64,000 nt of DNA. Source: Bdellovibrionota bacterium. Its GTDB lineage: Bacteria; Bdellovibrionota; UBA1018; UBA923. Where the stretch lies: NCBI GenBank assembly GCA_040754655.1, contig JBFMCE010000002.1:9436-73435 (forward strand). The letters run 5' to 3'. The position numbers and the translations under genes are program-made. Under the pieces are notes generated by a model. The model made no database searches. It saw only the letters and a program-made list of their open reading frames with translations, and was not told where the DNA came from. This document shows, piece after piece, positions 48,788-59,216 of this stretch (its first letter is position 1; each line of letters opens with the position of its first letter).

Positions 48788-50659
48788 ATGCACGATGATT
48801 TCGATCAGCTCTTACCGCTCTTGGAAACCGAATGGTTGGTTGCCGATCGCCAAGGCTTGTTTGCGATGGGCACGGCGTCAGGAACCCGTACCCGCAAGTA
48901 CCATTCTTTTCTTTCAAGCATCGCCGGACGGTTGGAAACCAACTTCCTGGCCCACCTTGATTTGATTTGCAATGATCAGGGGCTTTGGACCCACGCCTAT
49001 TCGTCTGAAAATCATTTTGTTCACCACCCGGAAGGTTACAAGCATCTTACAGGATTCAAAGCCGAGCCCTTCCCCGAATGGAGTTGGTCGCTTGAGGATG
49101 GCAAACTCTCAGCACTGCTGACTCCCCAAGACTCGGGCGGCTTTGAGCTGGCTCTGCTTTGGCGAGGCAAAAGGCCAGCGAATATCCTCGTTCGTCCGCT
49201 CTGGGCCATGCGCGCTCTGCACGAGCTTGGGAGCAAGCACGCCGAGCTTTATAAACGCCCTTCGGGTTATGAGTTTAGAACTCCAGAGACTGGCGCTTCT
49301 GTTTGGATCCACTGCTCTGATTCGCGGCTTGAATGGATCGAAAATGAAACGTGGTACCGCGGCTTCTTTTATCAGGAAGAGAAAGAACGCGGTTATGACG
49401 CGACAGAAGATCTTTTTTGCAAAGGCCACTTCGCCCTGAACTTGCCTGACGAAAAACAAGTTTCCTTTCGTTTCGACCTCAAACCCGATGCAGCTCCGTT
49501 GAAATCACCAAGCCCAAGGACGAAAGAGAAAGACGCCCTGCAAAGTTACGTCTTGAACAATCCTCCAGGCCTCGTCGCTGGTTTCCCATGGTTCGGTGAA
49601 TGGGGCAGAGATACTTTCATCGCGTTGCCGGGCATTGCTGCCGGGCTCATGGAAAAAACCTCAAGCTCGAAAGAAGCGCGCGGCGTGGCCGAGTGGACCT
49701 TTGGGGTTCTTGAGAGATGGGGCAACTGGATCTTGACCCACCACATGCTCCCAAATCTGATTTCCAAAAATGGGCCTCAATGGAACTCAGCCGACGCCAC
49801 CCTTTGGTGGATCCACTCGCTCTCGTCTCTCTGGGTTTTTGGAAGGACGGACAATAAATTCAAACTATTCAATCAGATCAAAGACAGGTTCGTCGGGCTT
49901 CTTTCGTCTGCGATTGAGGCGATCGCAAATGGCAGGCATCGGCATTTGAAAGTGAATCCCGCAGGCCTCGTCGAAGTGTTGACGCCCCACTCTACTTGGA
50001 TGGACGCGCAAGTCGATGAGTGCGCGGTCACGCCGAGAACGGGGTTGCTGCCTGAAATCAACGCACTCTGGGTGCAAGCCGCGGCGCTCGAAGCAATTTG
50101 GCTTGGACGGCCGCTGGCGAGATGGATCCCGAAGGCCGCCTTGGAGATGCCTCAAGAAAGCAACCGACCCAATATCGTCTTCCTGCACAGCATACCGTTT
50201 GCACCTTCCTTGTTGATCCACGATAGGAAAAGTATGGAACGCGATGCTTCACTTCTGCGAAACGCATTCTGGACTCCGGTGGGCCTGCGAACATTGGCCC
50301 CGGGCTCGCCGGATTATATCGCCATTTATGAAGGACCTCATTCAAAACGCGATCGATGTTACCATCAAGGCCCCGCATGGGGTTGGTTGAAGGGGCACTT
50401 CGACATGGCGGACGAGCGATTTGATCGTTTTGAAATAGTTGAAAGCCAATCTCGAAGAAACACCTCTAAAAACGATTCGCAGCGGCGGCTTTCTACGATT
50501 GAAGGACATGTAGCGGAGCTCTATGACGCCGAGCCTCCATGGCGCCCGCGTGGCGCTCCGGCTCAGGCGTGGAGCCTTGCATGCGCCGAAGAAGCCAGGC
50601 TGCGTGTTCAATACAAATTTGACCAACACCTGTCGCAACTTCTTCAGGAGATCCCATGA
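48788..50659 (+). CDS. Glycogen debranching enzyme (amylo-alpha-1,6-glucosidase)
   Basis: EWL, TRKYH, AGFPWFGEWGRDTFIALPG, SADATLW, TWMDA, EINALW, GLRTL, YHQG, QAWS. Confidence 0.9.
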   Translation: MHDDFDQLLPLLETEWLVADRQGLFAMGTASGTRTRKYHSFLSSIAGRLETNFLAHLDLICNDQGLWTHAYSSENHFVHHPEGYKHLTGFKAEPFPEWSWSLEDGKLSALLTPQDSGGFELALLWRGKRPANILVRPLWAMRALHELGSKHAELYKRPSGYEFRTPETGASVWIHCSDSRLEWIENETWYRGFFYQEEKERGYDATEDLFCKGHFALNLPDEKQVSFRFDLKPDAAPLKSPSPRTKEKDALQSYVLNNPPGLVAGFPWFGEWGRDTFIALPGIAAGLMEKTSSSKEARGVAEWTFGVLERWGNWILTHHMLPNLISKNGPQWNSADATLWWIHSLSSLWVFGRTDNKFKLFNQIKDRFVGLLSSAIEAIANGRHRHLKVNPAGLVEVLTPHSTWMDAQVDECAVTPRTGLLPEINALWVQAAALEAIWLGRPLARWIPKAALEMPQESNRPNIVFLHSIPFAPSLLIHDRKSMERDASLLRNAFWTPVGLRTLAPGSPDYIAIYEGPHSKRDRCYHQGPAWGWLKGHFDMADERFDRFEIVESQSRRNTSKNDSQRRLSTIEGHVAELYDAEPPWRPRGAPAQAWSLACAEEARLRVQYKFDQHLSQLLQEIP

Positions 50660-52098
50660 GCGCAAGCGTAAGCGTGTCTTTCAAGAAACCCGTGCAAGTC
50701 TTAATGCTAGGATGGGAATACCCTCCGCGATTCGCCGGCGGGCTTGGCAAAGCGTGCTCGGGCCTTTCACAAGCGATGGCATCGCTCGGTTGCCAGATCA
50801 CCTTCGTGCTGCCCACTTTCCCGAAACGCATCGTTGAATCGCACCTTCGCGTCGTGGGGGCGCGAGAGCTCTTAGTGGAATCAGGCTGGCCCAAGGAATT
50901 GCAGATCCACTCGCATGTGCAACGCGAGGCCGTGCAAAGCCCGGGCAACATCGTTCGGATCGAGACTGAAGCGAAACTTTTTCCTTACGGAAAACATCCT
51001 ACCGGGGAACTCCCCCCGAGCGTGTTGCGAATGCTGGGAGAAACATTTGAGCGCGTCACGAAAAAACTTGGCGTAGAACGCCAGACGTTTCAAAAAGAGT
51101 GGGCCTCAACTGAGCCGGAACCTTACGTTCCCCCGCTCCCCAATCCAAGGAAAGAAGAGAAAGAAGAGATTTACGGCAGCAATATGTGGGAGGAAATCGA
51201 GCGCTATTGCTTCGCGGTCAGGCAGCTTGGCAAATCGCATGAGGTTGACGTTGTGCACGCCCACGACTGGATGAGCTTTCCGGCCGCGCTCGAATACAAA
51301 CGCATGAATCCGCGCGCGCCTGTCTTCATGCATGTTCACGCGACCGAATACGACAGGTCAGGTGAAAACGTGAATACCGACGTCTTTCGCGTAGAACGAG
51401 AAGGCTTTAGAGCCGCGACCCACATCTTCGCCGTCAGCAGGTACACCGCCGGGATCATAGAAAAGCTCTACGGAATCCCGCGAGAGAAGATAACCGTGGT
51501 CTACAACGCCCCCGATGAAGGCGCGAAACAGATGATCAGTAGTCCTAAAGCGCAGCGCAGCCCGCATGTCGTGTTCTTAGGAAGGCTCACCTTTCAGAAA
51601 GGCCCCGACCATTTCCTGGAAGCCGCGAAAATGGTGATCGATGCGGCTCCGAAGCGCCTGGGCAAAGTGCAATTCATTTTCTGCGGAACAGGCGACATGC
51701 TCGATAAATTACGCTCGCAAGCCTTCCGCCTGGGAATCGAGGACCGGGTGCATTTCGCCGGATTCGTCGAGCCGCGCCACGTCGACCAGATCTTGATGAA
51801 ATCACGGGTCCTTGTGATGCCAAGCGTTTCAGAACCCTTTGGCCTCGTAGCGCTTGAGGCCATCCACTGCGGCATTCCCGTGATCTTGTCGAAGCAGTCG
51901 GGCGTAAGAGAGGTGTTGCACCGCGCGCTCCAGGTTGATTTTTGGGATCATGAAAAACTCGCCGATCAGATCCTTGCAGCCCTGCGGCTCAAAGAACTTT
52001 CCCGGCAACTCGTAGACGAGGGCATGGAGCAAATACGCGCGCTAAGCTGGGAGAAATCAGCTCACACTGTCATCAACTCATACCGGAGATACCTATGA
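50656..52098 (+). CDS. GT4 glycosyltransferase (glycogen synthase-like)
   Basis: LGWEYPP..AGGLG, HAHDW, HVHATEYDR, GR.TFQKGP, SEPFG. Confidence 0.9.
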   Translation: MSASVSVSFKKPVQVLMLGWEYPPRFAGGLGKACSGLSQAMASLGCQITFVLPTFPKRIVESHLRVVGARELLVESGWPKELQIHSHVQREAVQSPGNIVRIETEAKLFPYGKHPTGELPPSVLRMLGETFERVTKKLGVERQTFQKEWASTEPEPYVPPLPNPRKEEKEEIYGSNMWEEIERYCFAVRQLGKSHEVDVVHAHDWMSFPAALEYKRMNPRAPVFMHVHATEYDRSGENVNTDVFRVEREGFRAATHIFAVSRYTAGIIEKLYGIPREKITVVYNAPDEGAKQMISSPKAQRSPHVVFLGRLTFQKGPDHFLEAAKMVIDAAPKRLGKVQFIFCGTGDMLDKLRSQAFRLGIEDRVHFAGFVEPRHVDQILMKSRVLVMPSVSEPFGLVALEAIHCGIPVILSKQSGVREVLHRALQVDFWDHEKLADQILAALRLKELSRQLVDEGMEQIRALSWEKSAHTVINSYRRYL

Positions 52099-53333
52099 CC
52101 AATCTTTGCTTCTACTTTCAGGTTCATCAACCATGGCGCCTGAGACATTACCGTTACGTGGAAGTGGGTCACAACCATGACTATTTCGATCATGACAAGA
52201 ACGCCCAGGTCATGCGCAAAGTCGCCGACAAATGCTACCTCCCCATGAACAACCTCTTGCTCGACTTGATCTCTGACCTCGATGGGAGCTTCAAAGCGAG
52301 TTTCTCGATCTCTGGCGTGTTCTTGCAGCAAGCGGAAGAATACGCCCCTGAGGTCATTCATTCCTTCAAGCGCCTCATCGAAACGGGATGCGTCGAGGTC
52401 TTGTCAGAAACATCGCACCATAGCCTGACCTCGCTCTTCAGCCCCGAAGAGTTTGTTGAACAAGTGAACATCCATCGCGAGTTGTGCTCGCGCCTGCTCA
52501 AGACCCCCGGAAAGACTTTTCGCAACACCGAATTGATCACGAGCAATGCGATCGCAAGCGAAGTGGCGAAGATGGGCTATAGAGCGATGTTGATGGAGGG
52601 AGCCGATCGCGTCCTAGGGTGGCGCAGCCCCTTGTTTGGTTATCACTTGAAAAACAGCCCGAATCTCTTGATGCTTTTGAAAAACTATCGTTTGAGCGAT
52701 GACATCGCTTTTCGGTTTTCTGACCGGGGATGGGCGGAGTGGCCGCTGACCTCTGAGAAGTTCACGCACTGGCTCAAGATGATCGAGCTTGAAAACCCAG
52801 TCTCAGCCAAGGGACAGGATCCGTTCGTGGGGCTTTTCATGGATTACGAGACTTTTGGCGAGCACCAGTGGAAAAGCACGGGCATCTTTGACTTCATGCG
52901 CGCCCTCCCTTTGCGCCTTTTGGATACCGGTTCCGTTCGTTTCGTGACTCCATCGGAAGCCGCTGAAACCATGCAACCTAGCGCTGAGCTGGATGTGCAT
53001 TCCCCTGTTTCTTGGGCAGACATAGAGAGAGACCTGTCGGCATGGGTTGGAAACCCGATCCAAGACTCTGCAATCCGAGCCATTTACCGCCTGGAAGGGG
53101 CCGTCAAAAAAACGAAAGACGCATCACTGATTGAAACCTGGCGCAGGCTCACCACAAGCGACCACTTCTACTACATGTGCACGAAATACTTCGCCGATGG
53201 GGACGTGCACAAGTACTTCAATCCTTATGAAAGCCCTTATGACGCTCATATTTATTTTATGAACACGGTCGCCGACCTTGAACAACGCCTAGGCCTCGCC
53301 CCTGTGGAAGATGAAGAAAGGATACCGGCGTAA
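52095..53333 (+). CDS. GH57 alpha-amylase family protein
   Basis: FQVHQP, CYLP, FRNTEL, LSDDIAFRF, DYETFGEHQ, SWAD.ERD, TSDHFYYM. Confidence 0.93.
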   Translation: MTNLCFYFQVHQPWRLRHYRYVEVGHNHDYFDHDKNAQVMRKVADKCYLPMNNLLLDLISDLDGSFKASFSISGVFLQQAEEYAPEVIHSFKRLIETGCVEVLSETSHHSLTSLFSPEEFVEQVNIHRELCSRLLKTPGKTFRNTELITSNAIASEVAKMGYRAMLMEGADRVLGWRSPLFGYHLKNSPNLLMLLKNYRLSDDIAFRFSDRGWAEWPLTSEKFTHWLKMIELENPVSAKGQDPFVGLFMDYETFGEHQWKSTGIFDFMRALPLRLLDTGSVRFVTPSEAAETMQPSAELDVHSPVSWADIERDLSAWVGNPIQDSAIRAIYRLEGAVKKTKDASLIETWRRLTTSDHFYYMCTKYFADGDVHKYFNPYESPYDAHIYFMNTVADLEQRLGLAPVEDEERIPA

Positions 53334-53336
53334 GCT

Positions 53337-55292
53337 ATGAGTTGGGAGACGCGCCCACCCGGGGAAGTTCTTTTAGGAAATGGCAGGCTTCTAACCGTGC
53401 TTGACGGCTTCGGTGAGATTGACCAACTCTTTTCACCTCACATCGATGCGTTACAGGGCCGCTTGAGCAGTTTTCGCACTCATGTCTTGATTCCCCATCC
53501 TTCCGGCTCTTCACCTGAGATGATCGTGGTGGGTCCGGACGCTTTCGACATCAGGTTGCACCTGATGAACGGCGGGCAGATCTTAAAAACAGAGTATCAC
53601 CATAAAAGCAGGCCGCTCAAATTGATCCGCACTCTGGCGATCCATCCGGTAGATGCGTGCCTGCTTGATTCGTGGCAAGTGCTTGGCGAGAGCGCGGGCC
53701 TGATCCACTCTTCAGTGCCTTGGATGGGAACCGCGACCGCTGGTCACTGCTCGCTCTACCATCCCATCTTCAATGGCCTGGTTCATCACCGAGGCAGGCG
53801 CTGGCTTGCCATTGTCGGGCGCAAGACGGCCCACTGGGTTCGCGTGGGGCATCTTCCTGAGAGCGATCGACGCCGGATGTGGGATGGGGAGAAAGTCTGG
53901 GTTCCGGTCGGGGCAGGCGACCTGCACGGCTATCCGGGGCAACCTGTCGTGATGGGTTGGGACCACGTGGTTCAAGGCCCCGCGACTTTCGGGGCACTCG
54001 CCATGCCGCCCGTGAATGCCGGTGAGTGCATTGATTTCTTCATCGTCGGCGCTGAAAGCGAAGCAAGCTTGCACACGCTTCTGCAACGAACGCGCTTGAT
54101 CGAAACTCCTCGTTTCGTGAACATGGTTGAGCGCTTTTCGATGCGCAACCTCGATCCTGCGATGCCACTCTTGTCTAAGATCCAAAACCCCCACGTGCAA
54201 TCGCTTGCACAGAGATCAATTGAAGTCTTGCTCGCATTGCAAGACGGAGAAACGGGCGCACTCATCGCCGCGGCCGAAGCAGATCCCCATTCTCGCGTGT
54301 CAGGCGGCTACGGTTACAGCTGGCCTCGCGACGGCGCTTATCTCGCAAGCGCGCTTGGAGCCTATGGTTACCGTGACAGGGTTGAAAAGTATTTCGAGTT
54401 CTTGAAAAACACCCAAGACCTTTCGACAGGCGCATGGTTTCAGCGCTATCTTGCCACGGGACATGCCGGTCCCAGTTGGGGCCGAATCCAAATCGACGAA
54501 CCCGCCACCGTGATTGGCGCAGCTTGGATGCATTATCGAAACACCCAAGATCTTTATTGGCTCGAACGGATCTGGCCTACGATCAAGCTTGGTTTGAATT
54601 TCTTGGAAGAGTTTCATGGTGAAAAATATCCGATGGGCCAAGACTCGCATGACCTTTGGGAAGAACGCATGGGTGTCCACGCTTACAGCTTGGCGGCGGT
54701 GATCGCGGCATTCATGGCCGGAGCCTACATGGCCGGAGAACTCGCCAACCGTTCGTTGCAACAACATTATCATTCGATCGCGACGAGGCTCAATCGGTTG
54801 TTGCGCGAGAACTTCGTCGTCGATGGCGGTCCGATACGGCGTTCCTGGGTCGCCGATGGCCGCGGGGGCCATTGGTGGGATGAAACCCCCGACGTTTCAA
54901 TGCTTGGCTTGATCGCTCCTTTCGGGGTGCTTCACCGACGCGATCCGGTCGCAGGAAGAATCTTGAACCTCGTGCACGAAAGACTTTGGGCGCCATCCGT
55001 TGGCGGGATCTACCGTTACATCGGCGACACCTATCGCGGAGGCAATCCGTGGATTCTCACCACGCTTTGGCTCGCGATCGTGGATCTGAGCCTTGGCAGG
55101 CTGGATCAAGCCCGCGAGTCGTTTCAATGGGCGATGTCAAAGACGACGCCGCTTGGGATGTTCGCTGAACAAGTGCACAAAGAAACGGGCCGCCCGTTTT
55201 GGGTGATTCCTTTGGGTTGGTCGCACGCGATGTACCTTCTGTTCGTGCGCGACGTGATCCGAAGGGGAGTGGGGAAAGAAATCTGGGGATAG
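53337..55292 (+). CDS. GH15 glucoamylase family protein
   Basis: Y.YSWPRDG, QIDE, DLWEE, AEQ, PL.WSHAM. Confidence 0.9.
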   Translation: MSWETRPPGEVLLGNGRLLTVLDGFGEIDQLFSPHIDALQGRLSSFRTHVLIPHPSGSSPEMIVVGPDAFDIRLHLMNGGQILKTEYHHKSRPLKLIRTLAIHPVDACLLDSWQVLGESAGLIHSSVPWMGTATAGHCSLYHPIFNGLVHHRGRRWLAIVGRKTAHWVRVGHLPESDRRRMWDGEKVWVPVGAGDLHGYPGQPVVMGWDHVVQGPATFGALAMPPVNAGECIDFFIVGAESEASLHTLLQRTRLIETPRFVNMVERFSMRNLDPAMPLLSKIQNPHVQSLAQRSIEVLLALQDGETGALIAAAEADPHSRVSGGYGYSWPRDGAYLASALGAYGYRDRVEKYFEFLKNTQDLSTGAWFQRYLATGHAGPSWGRIQIDEPATVIGAAWMHYRNTQDLYWLERIWPTIKLGLNFLEEFHGEKYPMGQDSHDLWEERMGVHAYSLAAVIAAFMAGAYMAGELANRSLQQHYHSIATRLNRLLRENFVVDGGPIRRSWVADGRGGHWWDETPDVSMLGLIAPFGVLHRRDPVAGRILNLVHERLWAPSVGGIYRYIGDTYRGGNPWILTTLWLAIVDLSLGRLDQARESFQWAMSKTTPLGMFAEQVHKETGRPFWVIPLGWSHAMYLLFVRDVIRRGVGKEIWG

Positions 55293-55324
55293 CTCGCGGC
55301 TATAGGAGTAGGATTCGTTTACGG

Positions 55325-58009
55325 TTAACAATTGACCGTCAACTGCGACTTTTGATCGATCGCCGCATTGAGGGGAAACACCAGGGTGAAAGCCGATCCT
55401 TTTCCCTGTTTCGAGACGAGGCTGATCTGGCCTCCCAATGCCTTGACCAAAGCTTTCACCAACGGCAGCCCCAACCCCAAACCTTGGTACTGTTTTTGAT
55501 AAACAGAAATCATTTGTTGGAACGGTTCAAAAAGCCTGCTTTCAAGTTCCCGAGAAATCCCGGGTCCTGTATCTTCAATAGTCACGGCAACGGAACCTTC
55601 CCCTCGCCGATCCACACGAACCTCAACGCTTCCCTTCTCGGTGAATTTGATCGCGTTGCCAATCAACTGCACCAGAACCATCTTGAGCAACCTCGGATCG
55701 GTGTTCACTTCGGGCAAGCCTTCACCAATCTCAACTCGAAGTTCGAGCCCCTTGAGGCTCGCCTTTTGTTTCATTTGAGAACCCGTGGACGTCACCAACT
55801 CAGAAAGATTAGTAATGGTGAGATTCACTTCCGAATCCCCGCTTTCAACCTTCACGTATTCAAAGATTGAACTCACCAACTCGACCATTCTATCTGACGC
55901 GCTGATCATCATGCGCAGAAGCTTTTCTAGGGTTTGATCGGAAGAGACCGCCAAATGACGCCCAAGAAGATGGATCGACGTCGTCAAAGCCGTGAGAGGC
56001 GTTCGCAATTCATGCGAAACAAGATCCAAGAACAGCCCCCTTGTCTGATTGATCTTCCGGATCTCGCCGCCCGACGTTTTAATGAAAGACTCAACCGTTT
56101 CGAGTTCGCGCGCCTTCGACAGCAGTTTTTGGGTCAATGCTTCGATGCTTTGGGTCTTCTCTTGCACCTGTTCTCTGAGATCTTGCTTTACTTTCCGCTC
56201 AATCGCTAAATTGCTTACGCGGGTGCGCAATTCGCCGGGAAGGAACGGTTTCACGAGGCAGTCTTGAGCCCCTTCGCTCAAAAGCCTTATTCGAAGCTCA
56301 TCATCAACTTTGGCGGTGAGCAAAAGAATCGAGACATCGCTCAACTCCTGGTAGTCTTTCCTGATGATCTTTAGCATCTGCTCACCGCTCATCCCCGGCA
56401 TCATCAAATCGGTCACGATGACGTCGGGTTTGAACTCCCTGGCTTTCCGCAAACCTTCCTGGCCGTTGGTGGCAAGAAGAACTTGGAACTCACGACCCAA
56501 GATCTCGGCGATAAACTCGCGCATATCGGCATGGTCTTCCACCACCAGGACTCGCGGCCTGTGCGAATCAGCAGCTAGATGATGCTCAATACCCTGCGAC
56601 AAGGTTCTTTGGAGCCCGTTCGAGCGACAATCAAATAAATCTCGCAACGAGAGGTCCGCCTCAACTGGCTTCCCTTGAAGCTCACCAATGGGTATTTGCA
56701 CGATAAAGCTTGCCCCTCCCCCTGGGGTGTCTTCGATTCGAACCGTGCCCTCATGCAATTCCACAAACTCCTTCACGATCGACAATCCGAGGCCAGTGCC
56801 CTCAAAGCGCCGCGCGTCTCCCGAATCTATTTGCTTGAAGCGCTCAAACACCCACTGACGCGCCTTTTGATCGATGCCAGGCCCCGTATCGGAAACCTTG
56901 ATCTCGAAGCTGTCTTCCCGCCTCTTTGAGAGCGAGATCCCTATCCTCGAATGATCGGGAGAGAATTTAAAGGCATTCGAAAGCAAGTTCAACAAAATGC
57001 GCTGCAACTTCTGAGGATCAACCGCCGCCTGCAGACCCCGAGGAACATCGACTGAAAATATTATGCTTCTTTCTTTCGCCTGAATTTCAAAAAGCGAGGC
57101 TGTAACGCTTACAATTTTACCGACATCGACAATCAAGCGCTCAATCTGCATCTTCCCCGACTCAAGCTTTGCGACATCGAGCAGGTCATTCACATGTTCA
57201 AGAAGAACCCTGGCATTGCGTTCAATGACCGTAACCTTTCCCTGTAGAGGTTCCTGCAGTTCTCGGCCTTTCTGGAGGACTGAATCCGCTATACCTAAAA
57301 TCAGCGTGAGAGGAGTTCGAAGTTCATGGCTCACATTGGCGAAGAACTGCGATTTCAAGCGATCAAATTCCTTAAGTTTTTCATGAGCATTGTTCAATTC
57401 GCTCTTGGCCCGTTCAGTCTCGATCAATTGAAGAAAGGATTGCCTCTTTAGCGACTCTCGAAGATTTGAGTCCAAAAACGCCACCAAACAAACGATCAGA
57501 CAGACAAAGCCAAAGCGCACAAGCGCTTCCTGGTCCTTGATCTCGAAACCATCCAATCCCAAAGAAATCCCAAGATACAGTGTGAGCATCAAAGCCAAGT
57601 GACCGAGCACCTTCCAAGAACCATAAGGCAGCACCGTAGCGCCCGTGGCCATGAATAGAACGATCTCAATCGACTGCAGGCTGGTGTAACCGCCGTGAAG
57701 GGAGTTATTGAGAGCGATGCCTATGCTTCCCAAGGCTGAAAAAAACCAAAGCACCGTTGAGGCTTCGATCTTGAACCAACCTCGAAAATAGCCCGTGAAC
57801 AAGATCATGCAAGGAACCATGACCAGCCAGCGGGAGAGAAGGTAGAAATACCAATCAGATCTATTTGTAAGCAGGTCTAAGATCACCGTCGCAGGATAAC
57901 CGAGGTACACAAAAAAAATGGGTGGCCTTCGAACGATGAATTTTTCGCTTTCCTTGATCTGTTCTTGATATCGTTTTTCGAGCTCTGGCGCCCACTTTGA
58001 GGCTTTCAT
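55325..58009 (-). CDS. Membrane-bound hybrid histidine kinase with two HisKA-HATPase modules flanking a REC domain
   Basis: TM sensor; VSHELRTPL twice; VVEDH...TDLMMP; two ATPase domains. Confidence 0.92.
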   Translation of the reverse strand: MKASKWAPELEKRYQEQIKESEKFIVRRPPIFFVYLGYPATVILDLLTNRSDWYFYLLSRWLVMVPCMILFTGYFRGWFKIEASTVLWFFSALGSIGIALNNSLHGGYTSLQSIEIVLFMATGATVLPYGSWKVLGHLALMLTLYLGISLGLDGFEIKDQEALVRFGFVCLIVCLVAFLDSNLRESLKRQSFLQLIETERAKSELNNAHEKLKEFDRLKSQFFANVSHELRTPLTLILGIADSVLQKGRELQEPLQGKVTVIERNARVLLEHVNDLLDVAKLESGKMQIERLIVDVGKIVSVTASLFEIQAKERSIIFSVDVPRGLQAAVDPQKLQRILLNLLSNAFKFSPDHSRIGISLSKRREDSFEIKVSDTGPGIDQKARQWVFERFKQIDSGDARRFEGTGLGLSIVKEFVELHEGTVRIEDTPGGGASFIVQIPIGELQGKPVEADLSLRDLFDCRSNGLQRTLSQGIEHHLAADSHRPRVLVVEDHADMREFIAEILGREFQVLLATNGQEGLRKAREFKPDVIVTDLMMPGMSGEQMLKIIRKDYQELSDVSILLLTAKVDDELRIRLLSEGAQDCLVKPFLPGELRTRVSNLAIERKVKQDLREQVQEKTQSIEALTQKLLSKARELETVESFIKTSGGEIRKINQTRGLFLDLVSHELRTPLTALTTSIHLLGRHLAVSSDQTLEKLLRMMISASDRMVELVSSIFEYVKVESGDSEVNLTITNLSELVTSTGSQMKQKASLKGLELRVEIGEGLPEVNTDPRLLKMVLVQLIGNAIKFTEKGSVEVRVDRRGEGSVAVTIEDTGPGISRELESRLFEPFQQMISVYQKQYQGLGLGLPLVKALVKALGGQISLVSKQGKGSAFTLVFPLNAAIDQKSQLTVNC

Positions 58010-58093
58010 TTATAAAGCCTCATTACAATGAACGAAGTAAGAAAGAAACCCCTTGCGGGGGATCGGCTATTTTCTTTATAGTGCGCATTTCAT

Positions 58094-58303
58094 ATGAATA
58101 AGACCGGTCAAAAACAAACAGGCGTCGATGCGAGGTCGCTGAAACAAGCGGCCCACGATCTAGGTTCGCCTGTCGCCGCGCTCAAGATGCTTTGCAAAAA
58201 CGCGCGCGCCCTGACCGATGAAGAAAGGCAGATTCTCCAGGGTTCAATTGAAAGAATTGAGATCGTGGCGAGGAAACTGAGCGAATATGCGAAAAACAAA
58301 TAA
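58094..58303 (+). CDS. Stand-alone HisKA/DHp-like microprotein
   Basis: QAAHDLGSPVAAL H-box followed by a second helix; no ATPase domain; upstream TTGCGG-N18-TATAGT. Confidence 0.6.
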   Translation: MNKTGQKQTGVDARSLKQAAHDLGSPVAALKMLCKNARALTDEERQILQGSIERIEIVARKLSEYAKNK

Positions 58304-59216
58304 ATTGATTCTTTTTTTCCTGGCTCTCCTCCTTCTTGGCCAGTCCCTGGCTGCTTCAGAAGAAGGTCTGGGTGGGAATGCCGCTACCGATACTGAAGCA
58401 AGCACGCTGCTGAATGGTTCGATCGAGCACATTACTGAGGCCCTTCTGGGACGAAGGTATGTAGGGGGCCCCTTGGGCGAAGGTTCTTCGGGCCTTCACG
58501 ACAACGACCCACGGTACAGGTTGGACCAATTTGATTGCACCACCTTTGTTGAGACCGTTCTTGCGCTCTCGCTTTCAAAGAGCCTTGAACAGTTCACGGT
58601 CAATATGGATCGTATTCGCTATAAAAATGGGGATGTCAGTTTCTTGAGCCGCAATCACTTTCCTAGCCTTGACTGGATTCCGAACAACTCATGGCTGCTT
58701 GAAGACATCACCCCGAACTTTCTCGCCGAGACTGAAGTAAGGCTCGCCAGAGCCGTGATCGACAAGGCGGCCTGGGTATTAAGCCTGACTTCAAAAGAGA
58801 TCACGCGCCCTGATTTGAATGATGAGCAAAAACAAGCGCTCGCCAAGCAACTACACGCCGAGGCAAAAAACTTTTCACCTCAAACTATCTCGATCGCTTA
58901 TTTGCCTGTTGAAGCTCTTGAGCAAAACCCCGCGGTACTGTCAAAAATCCCGTCAGGTTCAATCTTCAACATTGTTCGAGAAAACTACAAGCCCGGCGCC
59001 ACGGCAATGAATGTTTCGCACCAAGGATTTGTGATTCAACAACGCGGGGTCACCCTTATTCGTCATGCATCTGTCGGCACCGCTGTGAAAGACGATGTTT
59101 TATTGCCCTATTTGGTCGAGCAGAAAAAGAAAAAACCAAGCGTCGTGGGAATCAACTTGCTCTTTGTCAGCGAAAAATCCAGATCAGGCCCACTGCGCAC
59201 GACCAAAGCCCCATAA
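58287..59216 (+). CDS. DUF1460 amidase-like protein, secreted
   Basis: Signal peptide; LGEG, FDCTTFVE, RYKNG, RNHF..LDW, SHQGF, RHAS. Confidence 0.88.
   Translation: MRKTNKLILFFLALLLLGQSLAASEEGLGGNAATDTEASTLLNGSIEHITEALLGRRYVGGPLGEGSSGLHDNDPRYRLDQFDCTTFVETVLALSLSKSLEQFTVNMDRIRYKNGDVSFLSRNHFPSLDWIPNNSWLLEDITPNFLAETEVRLARAVIDKAAWVLSLTSKEITRPDLNDEQKQALAKQLHAEAKNFSPQTISIAYLPVEALEQNPAVLSKIPSGSIFNIVRENYKPGATAMNVSHQGFVIQQRGVTLIRHASVGTAVKDDVLLPYLVEQKKKKPSVVGINLLFVSEKSRSGPLRTTKAP

Noticed and set aside
55199..55870. 223-aa plus-strand ORF
   Set aside because: Antisense shadow of the hybrid kinase C-terminal ATPase domain.
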